A stretch of 64,000 nucleotides of DNA. Origin: Pelagomonas calceolata (Eukaryota). Positions 32,301 to 44,349 of the stretch are shown here, in pieces. How positions within the stretch are numbered: the stretch's first letter is position 1; every line of letters begins with the position of its first letter. A model generated the notes under the pieces. It was not told where the DNA came from. It saw only the letters and a list, made by a program, of their open reading frames with translations, and searched no databases. Where the stretch lies: NCBI GenBank assembly GCA_918797485.1, contig CAKKNE010000003.1, positions 2,480,001 through 2,544,000 on the forward strand, written 5' to 3'. Both the position numbers and the translations under genes were made by a program.

Positions 32301-35300
32301 TTCTGCGGCTGGTCGTCGATCAGCGTACTCCGACGGGGGCAGAGCTCCCGGTGTCTCGCGCGCCACGCGTCGACGCGACTACCGAGCTGTCGTAGCTGCG
32401 CCAGCTCGTCGACCTTCGCGCCCAACCGCCGAGCTTGCGCGAGACACGACGATAATTGAAGAGCCGTGACACCTGACTCGTCCTCGTCGCCCGACTCCTG
32501 CTTCACCACCGCGTCGCTGTCGTCGCTGTCACTATCATTTGTGGTCGTGACCCAGAGTTTCACGTCGGTCGTCGCTTCGAGGTTGAGCTTCCGACGGACA
32601 TCTCGCGAGTTGTGGAGCCAGGCGCCGGCTTGCCTCGAGGCCGTCCGCAGCGGTCGTAGTTGGATCGTGCAGTCAATCGCCAACGCCTCGCCCTGGTCAA
32701 CTAGCTTCTTGAGCTGTGCGAGAGTAGGTGCCGCCATGAGCTTCTCGTGGGGGATCTCCGTCAGCCCGCCGGCACAAGTTGCCGGCTTGAGAGCTTTAGC
32801 ACGAGCGGCCCAGCTTTCAGCTTTCGCGAGTATTTCCCGCAATTGCGACTCTTCCTCGGACACGTGAGTGGCGTCCCGCGCCGCCTTCCGTATGGTCAAC
32901 GCCGTTAATTTCCGCCTTTGATTCTGATTCACATCTTCACTGTCAGAGTAATCTTCGGAAGACGAATCCGTATCCTCCGGAGGGGGAGGCTTCTTCTCAG
33001 CTAAGCGAGCCTTCTCCTCCTCCTGCTTGCGCTTCGCTTCGAGCAGGGCCTCCTTGCGGGCGTTCGACGCGGCCCGCCGGTCTTCCCCTTTTTGCACAGG
33101 GTCGACCTCCTCGACCTCGCCCCGCTTCTCCGGGTTTAAAATGACTTGAGGGTCCTCGTGCTGCTTCCGCGCGAGTTTGGCCAAGTCGTCCGTGGCACCC
33201 TTCCGCAGCTCGTCGAGCGACTCGAGGTGGTCCTTCGCGTCTTGAATACCTGTGTGTGGAAACGCGTCGCGCGCCGGCGAGGGAGCGTCGAGCGAGGTTT
33301 CGAGCCGTTTCGGACCACGCGACTCGTACGCCATCGACGCGACTCGCCAGAGGACACAGACAACATACCGGGCCGGATCACCTCGTCGTGGTCGCCCGGC
33401 TCCCGCACGGAACACGCCACGAGCGCGCCGCGCGCCTCCCGGACCCACTGCAGGAAGCGATGGCGCCGACTACAGGCCGTCAGGGCTCTTCTAGGAGCTG
33501 GTACATCTTCTGCGGCATCCACGAGTCGACCCAATGATGCGTAGTCATCAGCATCACCCTCATAGACGCTAAGAGCTTGCTCCGTCCACTTGTCGGCCTT
33601 GGCGACCTGTTCTTGCAAGGTGACACCCATGGGTCCCACACCACATTTTATTTCTGTCAATTGCGCCAACAAACGTCTTGCCTTCGTCGGGGCCTTTTTC
33701 GCATGAGGATCGGTCAAGATACGTCGGGCATCCTTCGCCCACTGCTCCGCGGCATCACAAAGGGAATCGAGCTCTCTCCGAGCTTCTAACTTAACACCAA
33801 CGAAGTCCCGGCACCGTTCTCGTAACTCTTTCAAAGTTTGGAGGTTAGGTGTGGTCACGCCATCTAAAGCTCTAGAAAGCTCCCTATCTAGGTCACGCGC
33901 GTCTTGCGCCCGCTCCTCGAGCTGCTCACACAACTCACCTTCAACGAACGGCATCGCGCGGCCCCGCTGCGCCAATCCGAGTAACTGCCCCGGCGCGATC
34001 TGCCGCGCGGGCGCGCCCTGGCCCTCTAACGAATCATGAGCTTTCCGTCGCCAGGCCGACGCCGCTCGCAAACAAGCCGCTAAAGGCCTTAAAGCATCGT
34101 CATCTCGTATACAATGCTGCTTCAACTGCCGCAGACACGCCTCGGCGTCCTCGAGGGGCAGCGTCGGCTCCCGTTCCGACATGGCGCCCAGCCCCGCAAC
34201 GACGTCCTCTTCAGGCTCTTCTTCTACTGCGGAGCCAGTAGACAGGCCGCGCGCGCCGCTCCGAGACACGCCGACGCCCGCGGCCACGATCTCGTTCGCC
34301 GTCTGCTTGGGCGTGCCGTCGGCGTTCGTGCGAGCGTAGACGGAATACCCAAATCCTCGAGCGTCATACGCGGCCGAGGCCTCGTCCGCACTCCCGCGAG
34401 CCACACAATCTCTAGCTCTCGCTGATAATAAGCGACATCTAGCCACATGCCTCCAAATTTCATCCAGTCTTTCCTTCAGCAGCGACACGGGATCCTCGCC
34501 GGTACCACCGATCGACGGCGGACAGTCCGGCAGGTCTTCCGCCTCCCTCAAGATAGCGACACATTCGGCCAAAGTCGGCCGTTGATCATTCTTCGCGACC
34601 GGCACAACATCGTCATCATCATCCGAACTTTCCTGGGCCTTCTTCCGGCGCTTCTTGGACGGCGGTTCCTTCGCGGGTTCCTTTTCCGCTTTCGGCTGGT
34701 GCCGCTGCGCGCGCTGGCAGAGCTGGTCGGCCTTCTGTTCTAAGTCGCGCCAGCGCTGGGCCGCGTCGGCCCGGCCCAGGCCGCGGCCTCGCCGTTCTAA
34801 GCGTCGTCGACCCTCCTGCTCTTGTTCGTCGTCACTACTGGAGTCTTTCTTGTCCTCCTCTTCATTATTGCCGTTCTCGGCGCGTTGTTGAGCTTCGGCA
34901 GCTTTCCGGGCCTCCTCGTCGGCCTTGAGCTTGGCCTCGCGCTCCCTGCGCTTGAACTCCTCGACCCGAGCTTGCCCCGCGGCGACGCCCGACTTTCTTT
35001 TCGTTAAATCGGGGGGCACCATATAACGTCGAGATCGCTTCGACCTCGGTTTTGTACTAACGCCGGCCATGAAGCCGGGGAGTGCCGCGAACAATCTAGT
35101 TTCTCGGGTAGGGGGTCTCGCGGGATCGAACAGTTGCGCCGCCAAGGGCCGAGACCCGACGCAGGACGGTGTCGCTCCCTGGGCCGCGGCTCGCAACACG
35201 AGCTTTCGTTGCTGGTCGAAGCGCTTGCGAGCACCGGCTTCGGCAGCAGCACCCAAGCCAGACGTCATCGCGTAGGCGGCCCGTCGCGCGTTGCCGCCAT

Positions 35301-35811
35301 GAGCTTGAATTAATGCGAGTACTTGTTCATCACTTTCTAACGGAACGGGCTGGCCGTCGACGCCCAACCACGAAAAGGGCTCTCGCGGCGCGATGGCCTC
35401 GTGCACATCATCTCTCCGTCGCGGCGGCCAGCCTTCCGGATGGCCTTCATCCAGCGCGTGCCTCGCGGCTAGGATGAGATCGCCGCAGGGCCCGCCCTTG
35501 TTCCCATCCGGATGAGGCTTCCAGTTGCCGGCCTGCCACGCGAGTCTCCCGTCCGCCACGTTGGAGGCTTTTGCATCTCGGCCTCTTCGCGGGCCTCGGG
35601 CCCTCCTCGTAGGAGCGTCGGGGATCTCGGCCTGGTGGGCCTCGCCAATTTGTGGCGCGACGACCCAGCCGGCCGCGTGGCCTTTGCGCATCAACGGCTT
35701 GTCTTTTCTAGGTTCCGGCGCCTTTTGTTGCTCGCGCGGCTCTTCTTTCGGTGCGGTCTCGCCGCGCTCGGCCGCCTTCTCCGCCTGGAGCTTGCGGAAG
35801 GCGGCGTCCAT
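29369..35811 (-). CDS. Large chromatin protein: ELM2-like + PLU-1-like helical repeats + 2 PHD fingers, 2 exons (35811-33369, 33249-29369)
   Basis: IGEAHQAEIP; A..W..A repeats; CLC...QCESC..QFH..C and YCFC...CGDEWFHGRC...CSKC; intron 33250-33368 GTATGT...CACAG joins the frames. Confidence 0.8.
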
Positions 35812-36245
35812 CGTCGTCGCGTCTCGCTTTCTTGCGCGGCGGAGTCTCTCTGAACCGCGACGCGGTTCTCGTCTCTGGGCGCAGCGCGTCGCCCTCCAAG
35901 TGCCGGTTTCGCTGCGCCGGCTGGTCAGGCACCCCTAAGGCTTGCCACCGTGAGCTGCGCAGGCAGATCTAGCAGCTTGCGGAGCCTCTGCACCTCAATT
36001 TTGCGACCAAGAAAACCCGTGACCAAAATAGAAGAGCGACGGCTCCGTCGCTACGGGGTCTTCGGCGAATGAGGACTACCCAGGCTTCGTCCTGAGCCCC
36101 CTACGAGCTCCATTTAGGTGCGCAAACCCGCAGCGTCTCCCGCAGCTAAAGAGAGCAAAAAGCGCACGCACGCGCTGGGTAGACGAGCCCAAGAGCTCGT
36201 GAGGCCTTCCGAGCCGCAGGCAAGCCTTCGACAGATTGATTCAGC

Positions 36246-36785
36246 ATGCGGTATCCTTACGTAGCGCTCTGCTGCGCCGTGGTGGCGCATGGCTTTGTGT
36301 TTGCTCCTCTGCCCAGCCAGGGCCGGGCGCCGCCGAGGACAGTAAGGAGGGCCGAGGACGACTCCAAAAGCGACGAGAAGAATAACGGTGACCGCCTCGC
36401 GCCCGTCGAGGAGACGCTCTCGGCCTTCGTCGTTGGCGCGGTCGCCGCGGCCGGCGCCGGCGTCGAGATCCTAGACGCCGGTGCGGTCTCATCAGCGTTA
36501 CTGGCCGGCGCTCTGGTGGGCTTCGCGGCGGAGAACGAGAACCAGTACGGGTTTGGGATGTTGGCCCGCGGGCTCGGGAAAGTGGGCTATTCCGCCTTCA
36601 AGGCAGCAACGGAAGAAAAGCCGCCGGCGGAGGAGCCGGACCTGCTGAAGCCCGCGGATTTTGAAAAAAGATTGCGGGACGTGCGTGCAGCTAGGGAAGA
36701 GGACCTCCGGGCGGTCGCGAATGCGGAGCCTGCGAAGGAGGACTCGCTCTCCGAGTTGGGGGCGGACCTGTCGTCGAAGGTCTAA
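36246..36785 (+). CDS. Putative plastid-targeted small membrane protein
   Basis: Signal peptide ending AHG-F; hydrophobic hairpin. Confidence 0.65.
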   Translation: MRYPYVALCCAVVAHGFVFAPLPSQGRAPPRTVRRAEDDSKSDEKNNGDRLAPVEETLSAFVVGAVAAAGAGVEILDAGAVSSALLAGALVGFAAENENQYGFGMLARGLGKVGYSAFKAATEEKPPAEEPDLLKPADFEKRLRDVRAAREEDLRAVANAEPAKEDSLSELGADLSSKV

Positions 36786-37028
36786 GGGGCTCTTGTTTTA
36801 TCTTTGCGTCTCGCGTCGTCGTCGTGCGGGTGCGCTGCGCCCAAATTCGAGCTCGACTCGGAGCGCTGTGGCTGCCCGGCCGCCATTCCGGCACCAAGTC
36901 GCACGCGCAGTGCGCACGAAGGTTCCACATAAACATTCTTGCGCCTCACTGACGCCTCGACAGCACAAGCTATCTGCACAAGCTTTGGGGCAGCCTGTAC
37001 CACAAAACAATTGCCCACACAGTGAGAA

Positions 37029-37643
37029 ATGGGCCAAGCCGCCTCCTCCGGGACGAAGACGCTCCCGACGGCGAATGATGTCAGGGCGCTGCTCTTCGGC
37101 GGCAAAGACAAGGCGCTCCAGCGCCAGCGCACGCTCATCACTCCTACCACACAAACATCCGACCTGATCTTCGACGGCACGGTCCAGCAGCTCCAGGGCG
37201 AACTCGCGCTGACCTACAAGGTCGGGAAGGAGCTGTCCCAGCGACCACCTACGTTAATAAAGAGACGGAAGCAGCTCGCGATGGACGACGACGCCGAGGA
37301 ATTGCTGGTTGTGGCGGCGACCTGCTCCTTAGGTGATGATAAACTGAAAGTCTTGGAGGACGAGCCCATGTGCGCCTGCATCGACGTCTTCGACGACGAC
37401 GTGCGCATCCATTTCGTCTCTCCCACGAATCCCGAGCTCGGCGGCGTTGTCTTGATTGCGACGCGCGACGCGAGAGGAGCCATCTCGTTGCGGGGCGGCG
37501 ACGAGTACTGGTGGGACGGCTACCCGCCGATCATCCACGCGCGCGAGAAGGGTGCTGCGTCGAAGGCGCCGCCGCGGCCGGCGTTCGCGGGGAGCTTCTT
37601 CGAGAAGGACGTGGCCGTGCGGGGCCTGCAGGGGGGCGCGTAA
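37029..37643 (+). CDS. Hypothetical protein
   Basis: 204-aa ORF with host-like codon usage; MG start. Confidence 0.55.
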   Translation: MGQAASSGTKTLPTANDVRALLFGGKDKALQRQRTLITPTTQTSDLIFDGTVQQLQGELALTYKVGKELSQRPPTLIKRRKQLAMDDDAEELLVVAATCSLGDDKLKVLEDEPMCACIDVFDDDVRIHFVSPTNPELGGVVLIATRDARGAISLRGGDEYWWDGYPPIIHAREKGAASKAPPRPAFAGSFFEKDVAVRGLQGGA

Positions 37644-37756
37644 GAATGAACTGCGGTCTTCTGCGCGGGGTTTTCACCTAGCTAGTTCGGCAATGGACCA
37701 GTTTGAGGGGTAACCGGCCCGGGACGCGGTATCCAGGGCTCCGCTGAAAAATCCGG

Positions 37757-37780
37757 GCTAGCGTCCAGAAAGACACTAGC
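37757..37780 (-). promoter_or_regulatory. CTAG dyad element copy 8
   Basis: GCTAGCGTCCAGAAAGACACTAGC. Confidence 0.65.
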
Positions 37781-37955
37781 AAGCAAGCAGCGTAACAAAG
37801 TGATCAATAACTCTGCCGCCGCAGCCTATTGGGGGGTGCGCAGACGCGCGTTAATACGTTATCGACCCGCGCTGCAAGCGATTAAAGTCTTGGTTGAATC
37901 CGCATCGCTGCACGGGCGATCAGCGCTGCCCATACTCAACGCCATCGCTGCGACA

Positions 37956-39548
37956 ATGAGTGTACGCGATAGAGCAACAATGAGCGGCGAGTTTCCCAAG
38001 AGCCCGCCGGGCCAGGCGTTGAGGGATCGACTCGAGGCGGGTAGGCGCATCGCGCAGTCCTGCGTCACGAACGTGTTTGGGGACAGCGCGAACAACGCGG
38101 CCATGGCGACGTCTCTTGGGACTGTACTAGCTATTGGAGTTTATGAAGGTGCTTTGTTGACGAGACCCGGAGCGCTCGGCCGAGCGAGGTTCTGCTTTCG
38201 GTACGGCGCGGCCCAAGTGCTACCGTCGGTCATATGGCTGACGAAGCCGGCCAGGACGTGTTGCGAAGCGTGGCGCGTCGAGGCGAAACCTTTGCTCAGA
38301 GAGGTCAGTCCACGCAGAGAACTGAAGGTTTTAGGAGCCCAGACGCTGCGGAGCATCGTGGCGGGCTTCCTAGGTATAGCGCAAGTGATGAGGTTAGTCG
38401 ACTCGTCGGCTGCTGCGGCGTCCGACTATGACGAGCGCGTAAGGAATGGCCACGAGCCGTTGTTCGAGACGGGCGTGCAAGAGCGAGTTGTTAGACTCGC
38501 TGGTAGAGAAAGCGACGTCACGGAGCTTTCTGTGAGAAGATTCGGCGCGCACATCGTGCCCGTTTTTGAAGATTTCTCCCTGCCTTCGGTACGCAGAACA
38601 TTAGCAGCAGCTAGAACCGCAGGAAGTGGTGTGGACACGCCCTTTGGCTGGCACGTGCCCGACGGCGCGTATTCCAAAATGGAGAGCTGGGGCGTGCCCC
38701 CGCCGACGGTCGATCGCGACGGCGACGGCACGGCGGACTATGATTTGTCTCGGGCCGCATTTCGCGTGAAAAGGGAGTGGCTCCTGCCGAACGGTCCTAA
38801 CAGAAGAGCTCTGGTGGTGGAGGCTGATAGCTCAGTAGGCGAGCAGGCTTTAGCTTTAGGAGCGGAAGGCGCCGACGACCTCACGCTCCAGGAGTGCTCC
38901 CAGGGCTTTCGGTTGGTCGAACGATTGGCGACCGAACAAAAAGCTTTACAAGCGGACGACGCGGTGATTAGAGTCATGCTCGCCGACGCATCTAGACAAA
39001 TCAGATCAGGAGGCGGCGCAGCTATGAGTTTGAGGGCGCTCGTCGAGGAGCACGACGAGGCCGACATAATTATTGATGCGAGCGCGCCGCTCATCCACTC
39101 GATCGTGGCGTGGGCCGAGACGACGGGAAGTGGACGCTATTTACTCTTCAAGACCGAGAACAGCGAGTACTACGCGTCCGTGCGCAGTTCGCTGAAGGCG
39201 CGCGGCTGGCGCGTCGCCGACTTCGAGGGGGCCTCCACCAAGCAGCGGAAGTCGTTACCCGTGTTGGTGTATGAAGAGACGACGGAGGATTCCGTGAATT
39301 CCATCGAAAGTTTGCTGCGGAAGAACGAGGTCAATTCATCAATGGTTTGTGCTTTGTTGGACAGCGTGTCGGGCGTCGACGAATTGAGGCGGCTCGGGTC
39401 TCGGTTGCCTCCAGCTCGATCGGTGTCGCACGTCTGCAGTGCCGAGATCTACTGCGACTGCTTTACGCGCGTGCGCCACGCTATTCGAGCGGGGACGCCT
39501 ACGCAGACCATACAAAGGGAGCTCGACGACGCGTTCGCTCCGCACTAG
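37956..39548 (+). CDS. Hypothetical protein
   Basis: About 530-aa uninterrupted ORF; no recognised family. Confidence 0.6.
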   Translation: MSVRDRATMSGEFPKSPPGQALRDRLEAGRRIAQSCVTNVFGDSANNAAMATSLGTVLAIGVYEGALLTRPGALGRARFCFRYGAAQVLPSVIWLTKPARTCCEAWRVEAKPLLREVSPRRELKVLGAQTLRSIVAGFLGIAQVMRLVDSSAAAASDYDERVRNGHEPLFETGVQERVVRLAGRESDVTELSVRRFGAHIVPVFEDFSLPSVRRTLAAARTAGSGVDTPFGWHVPDGAYSKMESWGVPPPTVDRDGDGTADYDLSRAAFRVKREWLLPNGPNRRALVVEADSSVGEQALALGAEGADDLTLQECSQGFRLVERLATEQKALQADDAVIRVMLADASRQIRSGGGAAMSLRALVEEHDEADIIIDASAPLIHSIVAWAETTGSGRYLLFKTENSEYYASVRSSLKARGWRVADFEGASTKQRKSLPVLVYEETTEDSVNSIESLLRKNEVNSSMVCALLDSVSGVDELRRLGSRLPPARSVSHVCSAEIYCDCFTRVRHAIRAGTPTQTIQRELDDAFAPH

Positions 39549-39563
39549 TAATTTTAACAAGTT

Positions 39564-40483
39564 TTATTCCCCACCGGTGGGCGACTTCTTCTTCTTTTTC
39601 TTCTTCTTCTTTTCGGAACCAGTCGGCGACAGCGCGTCGCCCGCGTCGCCCTTGGACCTCTTCTTTTTCTTCTTTTTCTTCTCGGAACCCGTCGCATCGC
39701 TCTTCCGCTTCTTCGTCGGCGCGGAAGTCACGACGCCCGGCGGCGCGGAGCCGTCGCGCGGCTCGCGCGTGGCGTTGGGAAAGAAGCGCGCCCTGATGTC
39801 CCGCGGCTGGAGCTTGCCGTTGTAGGCACTCCGCGACCTGTGTGGAAATCAACCAGTGAGTTAGGTTACTCCACGTCATCGATCTGCCGCAGTTATTTGG
39901 ACGACGTCGCGTCGATGGCGTAGAAACTCCACGCCATCGAGCAGATGCCATTACCAGGGCGACGTCCCGTCGATGGCGGGGGGCGTCCGAAATTTGATCT
40001 CCACACAGCCCGCGACCAGATCGGGTGCACGTAGCCCGTCTTCTCGGCGAAGTCCTTGCCGAGCAATTCCTCGCCGATCGGATCCTGGGACCAGACGCTC
40101 TCGACGGCCGGTGCGACGATGCTAGGGACGTATTTCGCGGCGTCCATTTCCGTCGTGGCCGGGTCGTGCTCCACCGCTAATGATAATTGCCTTGATACGG
40201 GCACGCCCGCACACCTCAAAGAGCCGCTCCGCGTCTTCACGAGGGGCCGCATGTCGTCCGCGAGCGCGGACTCCTCCCGAATCACGATGTCGCCGCCGAA
40301 GGCGCGGCCCACGGGCCCGCCGTGGTCTCGGGCCGCGCCCGGCGCCCTCGCTACAACATCACCGACGTTGCCCTGCTCCTTCGCGATCGGGAGGTTGTTG
40401 ACCGCATCGAGTGAGATGCTCGACGGGACGCGGAGGAGCCAGATCTCCTTGTTCGGGTCTTCGATCGTCTTTTGTTTGACCAT
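39564..40483 (-). CDS. RNA polymerase I subunit RPA34/PAF49-like, 2 exons (40483-40017, 39837-39564)
   Basis: KEIWLLRVP near the N-terminus and a poly-Lys C-terminus (two TGSEKKKK repeats); intron removal restores the frame. Confidence 0.6.
39838..40016 (-). mobile_element. Introner intron (TIR + 8-bp TSD)
   Basis: CTGTGTGGAGATCAA...TTGATTTCCACACAG; TSD GTCGCGGG/GTCGCGGA; CTAAC branch-point candidate. Confidence 0.9.
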
Positions 40484-40713
40484 GGTGCTCGCAGCGCTTC
40501 GGCGACTCGCGAACCGTCGGCGGCGTGATCAGTGGTCGCGCGCCGGCGTGCTGCAGTAAGGCGCTTGCAGCTCAGTGCAGCGGTGTTATTGCGCACGCGC
40601 GTGCAGCACAAATGCCCCAGCGGTTCACTGCTATAAATGCAATATTTTAAGCAGGTGGTGCTGGTGGTTAAGCAGCTCCTCGCCTTCTTAGCCAGCTTCA
40701 GCCTCAGCCGCTT

Positions 40714-40737
40714 TCTAGTGTCTTACTTGACGCTAGC
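40714..40737 (+). promoter_or_regulatory. CTAG dyad element copy 9
   Basis: TCTAGTGTCTTACTTGACGCTAGC, divergent intergenic. Confidence 0.65.
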
Positions 40738-40805
40738 AATCGCAAAGGTGACATATATATCACTTAGACTCGACGTTTTATAATCACAAATCAAGGTAGC
40801 GCATC

Positions 40806-41309
40806 ATGGGTGGTCAGTACGACAAGAACTTCGCCCGCCGCGCCGTCCAGTTCATGGGTTTCGCCTCGCTCTTCGCTCTGAGAGCTGCAGTCACCTCTCT
40901 CCGCCAAAATGGCCACGGCGTGATGTGGCCCGCGCCGCCGATCAACGCGACGCTCGCCACCAACCCCTACCTGGGCCCGTGGGCGCCGCAAGTACCGGGC
41001 ATGATGGGTCCGTGGGGCTCGGCCCCGTCTCAGCAGATCATCGCCTCCGTCGACGCGATGCCGCTCATCATGGCGCAACACACGCGGCGCTTCCCCGACA
41101 TGCCTCGGTCGCAATGGAACCACCCGCTCAACCAGCGTGGCGACCTGAGTCAATTCAACAATGTCCGCGTGGACCGCTCGACGTCAACGACCGCCAACGG
41201 CCTCACCGCCGCCCGGCAGCTCCTGGACGACTGGTGCGCGATGACGGACCTGGAGCGCGAGGAAGCCATCGCGTTCTGCGACTGGTACTCGCCGAACATC
41301 CAGCCCTAG
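40806..41309 (+). CDS. Hypothetical protein
   Basis: 167-aa ORF with strong C/G third-position bias. Confidence 0.55.
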   Translation: MGGQYDKNFARRAVQFMGFASLFALRAAVTSLRQNGHGVMWPAPPINATLATNPYLGPWAPQVPGMMGPWGSAPSQQIIASVDAMPLIMAQHTRRFPDMPRSQWNHPLNQRGDLSQFNNVRVDRSTSTTANGLTAARQLLDDWCAMTDLEREEAIAFCDWYSPNIQP

Positions 41310-42075
41310 GCTAGATGTTAAGTTTCTTTATATTCACTAGTGCCTCTGTGCCGGGAGACGCGCCGCGACTTCCACGGTGTCGTCTGCGGGTCGTCGCCTT
41401 AAAAAGTCGGCGTTTGACGGTGGAGGTGGCCGCGGACGCCTGGCCGTCTCGCGCTGCGGCCGCCCGTAGCTATTTGCAGGACCGCGATGGCTACAAATCC
41501 GCAACGCGAAGACCACATGACTCGCAGGTCGTATTGTGCACGCAGAGAGCACCTAGCGTAGTCTAATCGATTCCGGAAGTGGGACGCGTAGACTGCCTCT
41601 TCCAGATCGGCTGATGAGAGACCGCGGTCAACGAATACTCGAGTGTCCGGTTTCACTAGGGAAGCAAGGATACCAACCACACACGCGGGCCGCGCGTTCG
41701 CCTCGGTTTCATACCGCTCGGTGCCGGCGACGAATCTACTCGTCCTGCGCCTCGCTGAGGGTGGAGTTGTGGCCAGGAGCCGTCCCGCTATCTAGGGGCC
41801 GCCGCGCGCGCCGCGCAGTACGTCGCAGTGGAGCTCGCCAGCAATCGTTGCGCTGTCGCGGCCCATCGGCCGCGGCTTCCTTCATGAGTGCTGTCGCCGC
41901 CGCGCCCGCCGCGTCGCTGCGCTGGTGAGGTGGGCAAGAGGTGCGCTGCTTTTAGCTTTGGCAGCGCTGAGCCATCGCAGAAATGCTGCTGTTGTGCAAA
42001 ATCAATCGAAACCAAGGCGCCTCGTAATACTGCGCCTCGGATGCGGCCAAACTCCGCGTAGCACCGTACCGTGGA

Positions 42076-42099
42076 GCTAGCGTCATGTGAGACACTAGA
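42076..42099 (-). promoter_or_regulatory. CTAG dyad element copy 10
   Basis: GCTAGCGTCATGTGAGACACTAGA. Confidence 0.65.
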
Positions 42100-42187
42100 A
42101 AGCCCAGCCAAGTGGCTTGGCGGCCGACGTACGAGCCGCATTGGTGCTGCTGCGTTGGTGCTCGTTCGGAAAATAGCTCGCTGCTGC

Positions 42188-44273
42188 ATGCGCGGCAGCC
42201 TCCTCTTCTGCTTGGCGGGCGCCGCGACCTCCTTCGTGCGGGAGCCGCGCCGGCTGGCCTTGCTGCAAGCGATGCCGACGGGCAAGCAACGTATTGCAGA
42301 GCTAGAGGCGCGGCCGCTCTCTGGCCACACGCCGCCGGGAGAAGACTCGGTGGAGTGGACGCCGGAGCAGCTCGCGGAGCACTTCGGTTTGCCGGGCTGC
42401 CGCGTCTGGTGCGCGTGGCACAAAACAAGAGGGTATACCCTAAACGACGTCAAAGTCGTCGTGCCCTGGGACGACAAGAAGCCTCTTTCGCTCGCCAGAG
42501 CCAAGGAGGAGTTTCGTGCGAGGGCCTTACTCGATGAGGAGGACGACTCTGGTGCTGGAGGGCTCTCAGCCGCTGCTCGCAGTGCCGCGTCGACGCATGA
42601 GCCGAACGCCAAGAAATCGGCGGCCGGCAGGGCGCAGCGCCTGAGAGAAGTCGAGATCGAGGCGGAGGCGAAGAAGTGGTCCGGTACCCCTCAAGAGCGC
42701 CAGCTCACGCTTATGGGGGGCACTGCCCTGGTGCCGCACCGCTCCGTCTCGGTCGCCGACTGGCAGTACTGGAAGGGAGAGGGCGCCTATCCGACGACGC
42801 CGGGCGTGCCGGGCTTCGAGCCGTCGTTTTTCTATGCGCGGAAGCACTCGGCGATGAACCGAGTCCTCGAGCGCGAGGCGGATGAAGGGATGACGTGCCA
42901 CGAATGGGAGCTCGAGCTCTTTCGAGGGGCGGATAAGGAGCTGACCATCAACCGCGGCGACATGGCCCAGTCCTGCCAGTGCCTCGCCACGGCTGGCGTT
43001 ATTACTAATGATCAGATCGGCCAGCAGGTGCGCACGCGGCGTTTTTTCAATCAGCTCGAGGCGCCTTCAAAATTTGAGAGTGGCCTCGGCGGTAGCCGCG
43101 TTTTTGACGGTCGTTGTCGCACAGGCCATCGAGTGGGGCTTCGGCTGGCCGTTGTTCCGCAACGGCGAGGTCGTCAAGATCGACGGCGCCGCCGCCCACG
43201 CCCAGGCCAACGCCTGGTTCAACTTTTGTGAGGACAACCAGCTCGACTTGTGGGCGAAGGAGATTAGTAGAGACGGCGACGGCTTCACCGTGCGCCCCAG
43301 CAACAAGGGCGACGCCAAGTACGCCTACGAGCGCTGCGGCCGGTCGAAGTGGGACAAGACGTGCTTCGCCGACCTCATCGTCAAGAACTCGTGGGCCGGG
43401 CGGCCCGACGACCTGCCGCGCCTGGACACGCGGCCGCTCGATGAGAACAACTTCCAGCTCGCGAAGATCCAGAAGGGCGCCGCCGACGAGAACGGCCACT
43501 TCACGGTCACGACCCTCTGCTACATCGAGCGCGCCGGGCGGAACGCGGTCGTGCATCTGCCGGCGACGCGCCACGGCCTGCTGCCGCTCAAGCGCATCAC
43601 GGAGGAGGAGCGCATCGAGACCTTGGGGCGTTTCCGGGAGTTCGCCGAGGCGCGGAACGACGACGCGAAGCTGAAGCAGTTGGCGCGCGGCGTGATGGTC
43701 CACCCTTCACGCGTTAATCAGAAGCGCGGCCGCGGCCCGGGCCAGAACTACGGCATCATCGTGACGAGGGACTCGCCCGAGAGCGTCGCCCGGGCCCTCT
43801 GGACGAACATGTTCAACCCGGAGGGCGCGCGCGCGACGAAGATCATCCAGGACTTCCTGGACGACATCTACGCGCTGATGGCGGAGTTCTTCCCGGCGGC
43901 GCACCACGCGGCGCTGCGCCGCGACCCCAAGTTCGTGGAGATGGCGCTGCGCGGCGTCATCGACGACGAGAGCGAGTACGAGCCGAACTACGACGAGCTG
44001 CCGACGATCCTCAAGTCGCTCACGTTCAACGACGACGTCGCGAAGAGCTTCACTGCGTTCGGCAAGGTCCTGCGCGACCGGTGCATCACGCTCAGGAAGG
44101 AGCACCCGGGCTGCATCACGTGGCCGCCCGGGCCGACGCCGCCGGGACCGGGGCCGGGGCCGGGCGGTGGCGGCGGCGGCGGCGGCGTCGGCGGCGACCC
44201 TCTCGACGGCATCGACGCCGGTGACATCCACCCCGGGCACGACATGTCGCCGGACGAGGTGTGGAATTTCTAG
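42188..44273 (+). CDS. Hypothetical protein with a signal/ATS-F leader and Pro/Gly-rich tail, 2 exons (42188-43027, 43125-44273)
   Basis: Phase-0 intron 43028-43124 (CAG|GTGCGC...CACAG) joins the two long ORFs. Confidence 0.7.
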
Positions 44274-44349
44274 GAAGCTTGTGCTTGTGCTTAAGTATTA
44301 GCCTATTATAGCGCACACCACCGCCGTGATTATATGTATACAACTTTAC

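Noticed and set aside
41399..41790. Possible minus-strand gene remnant
   Set aside because: No ATG and no recognisable domain
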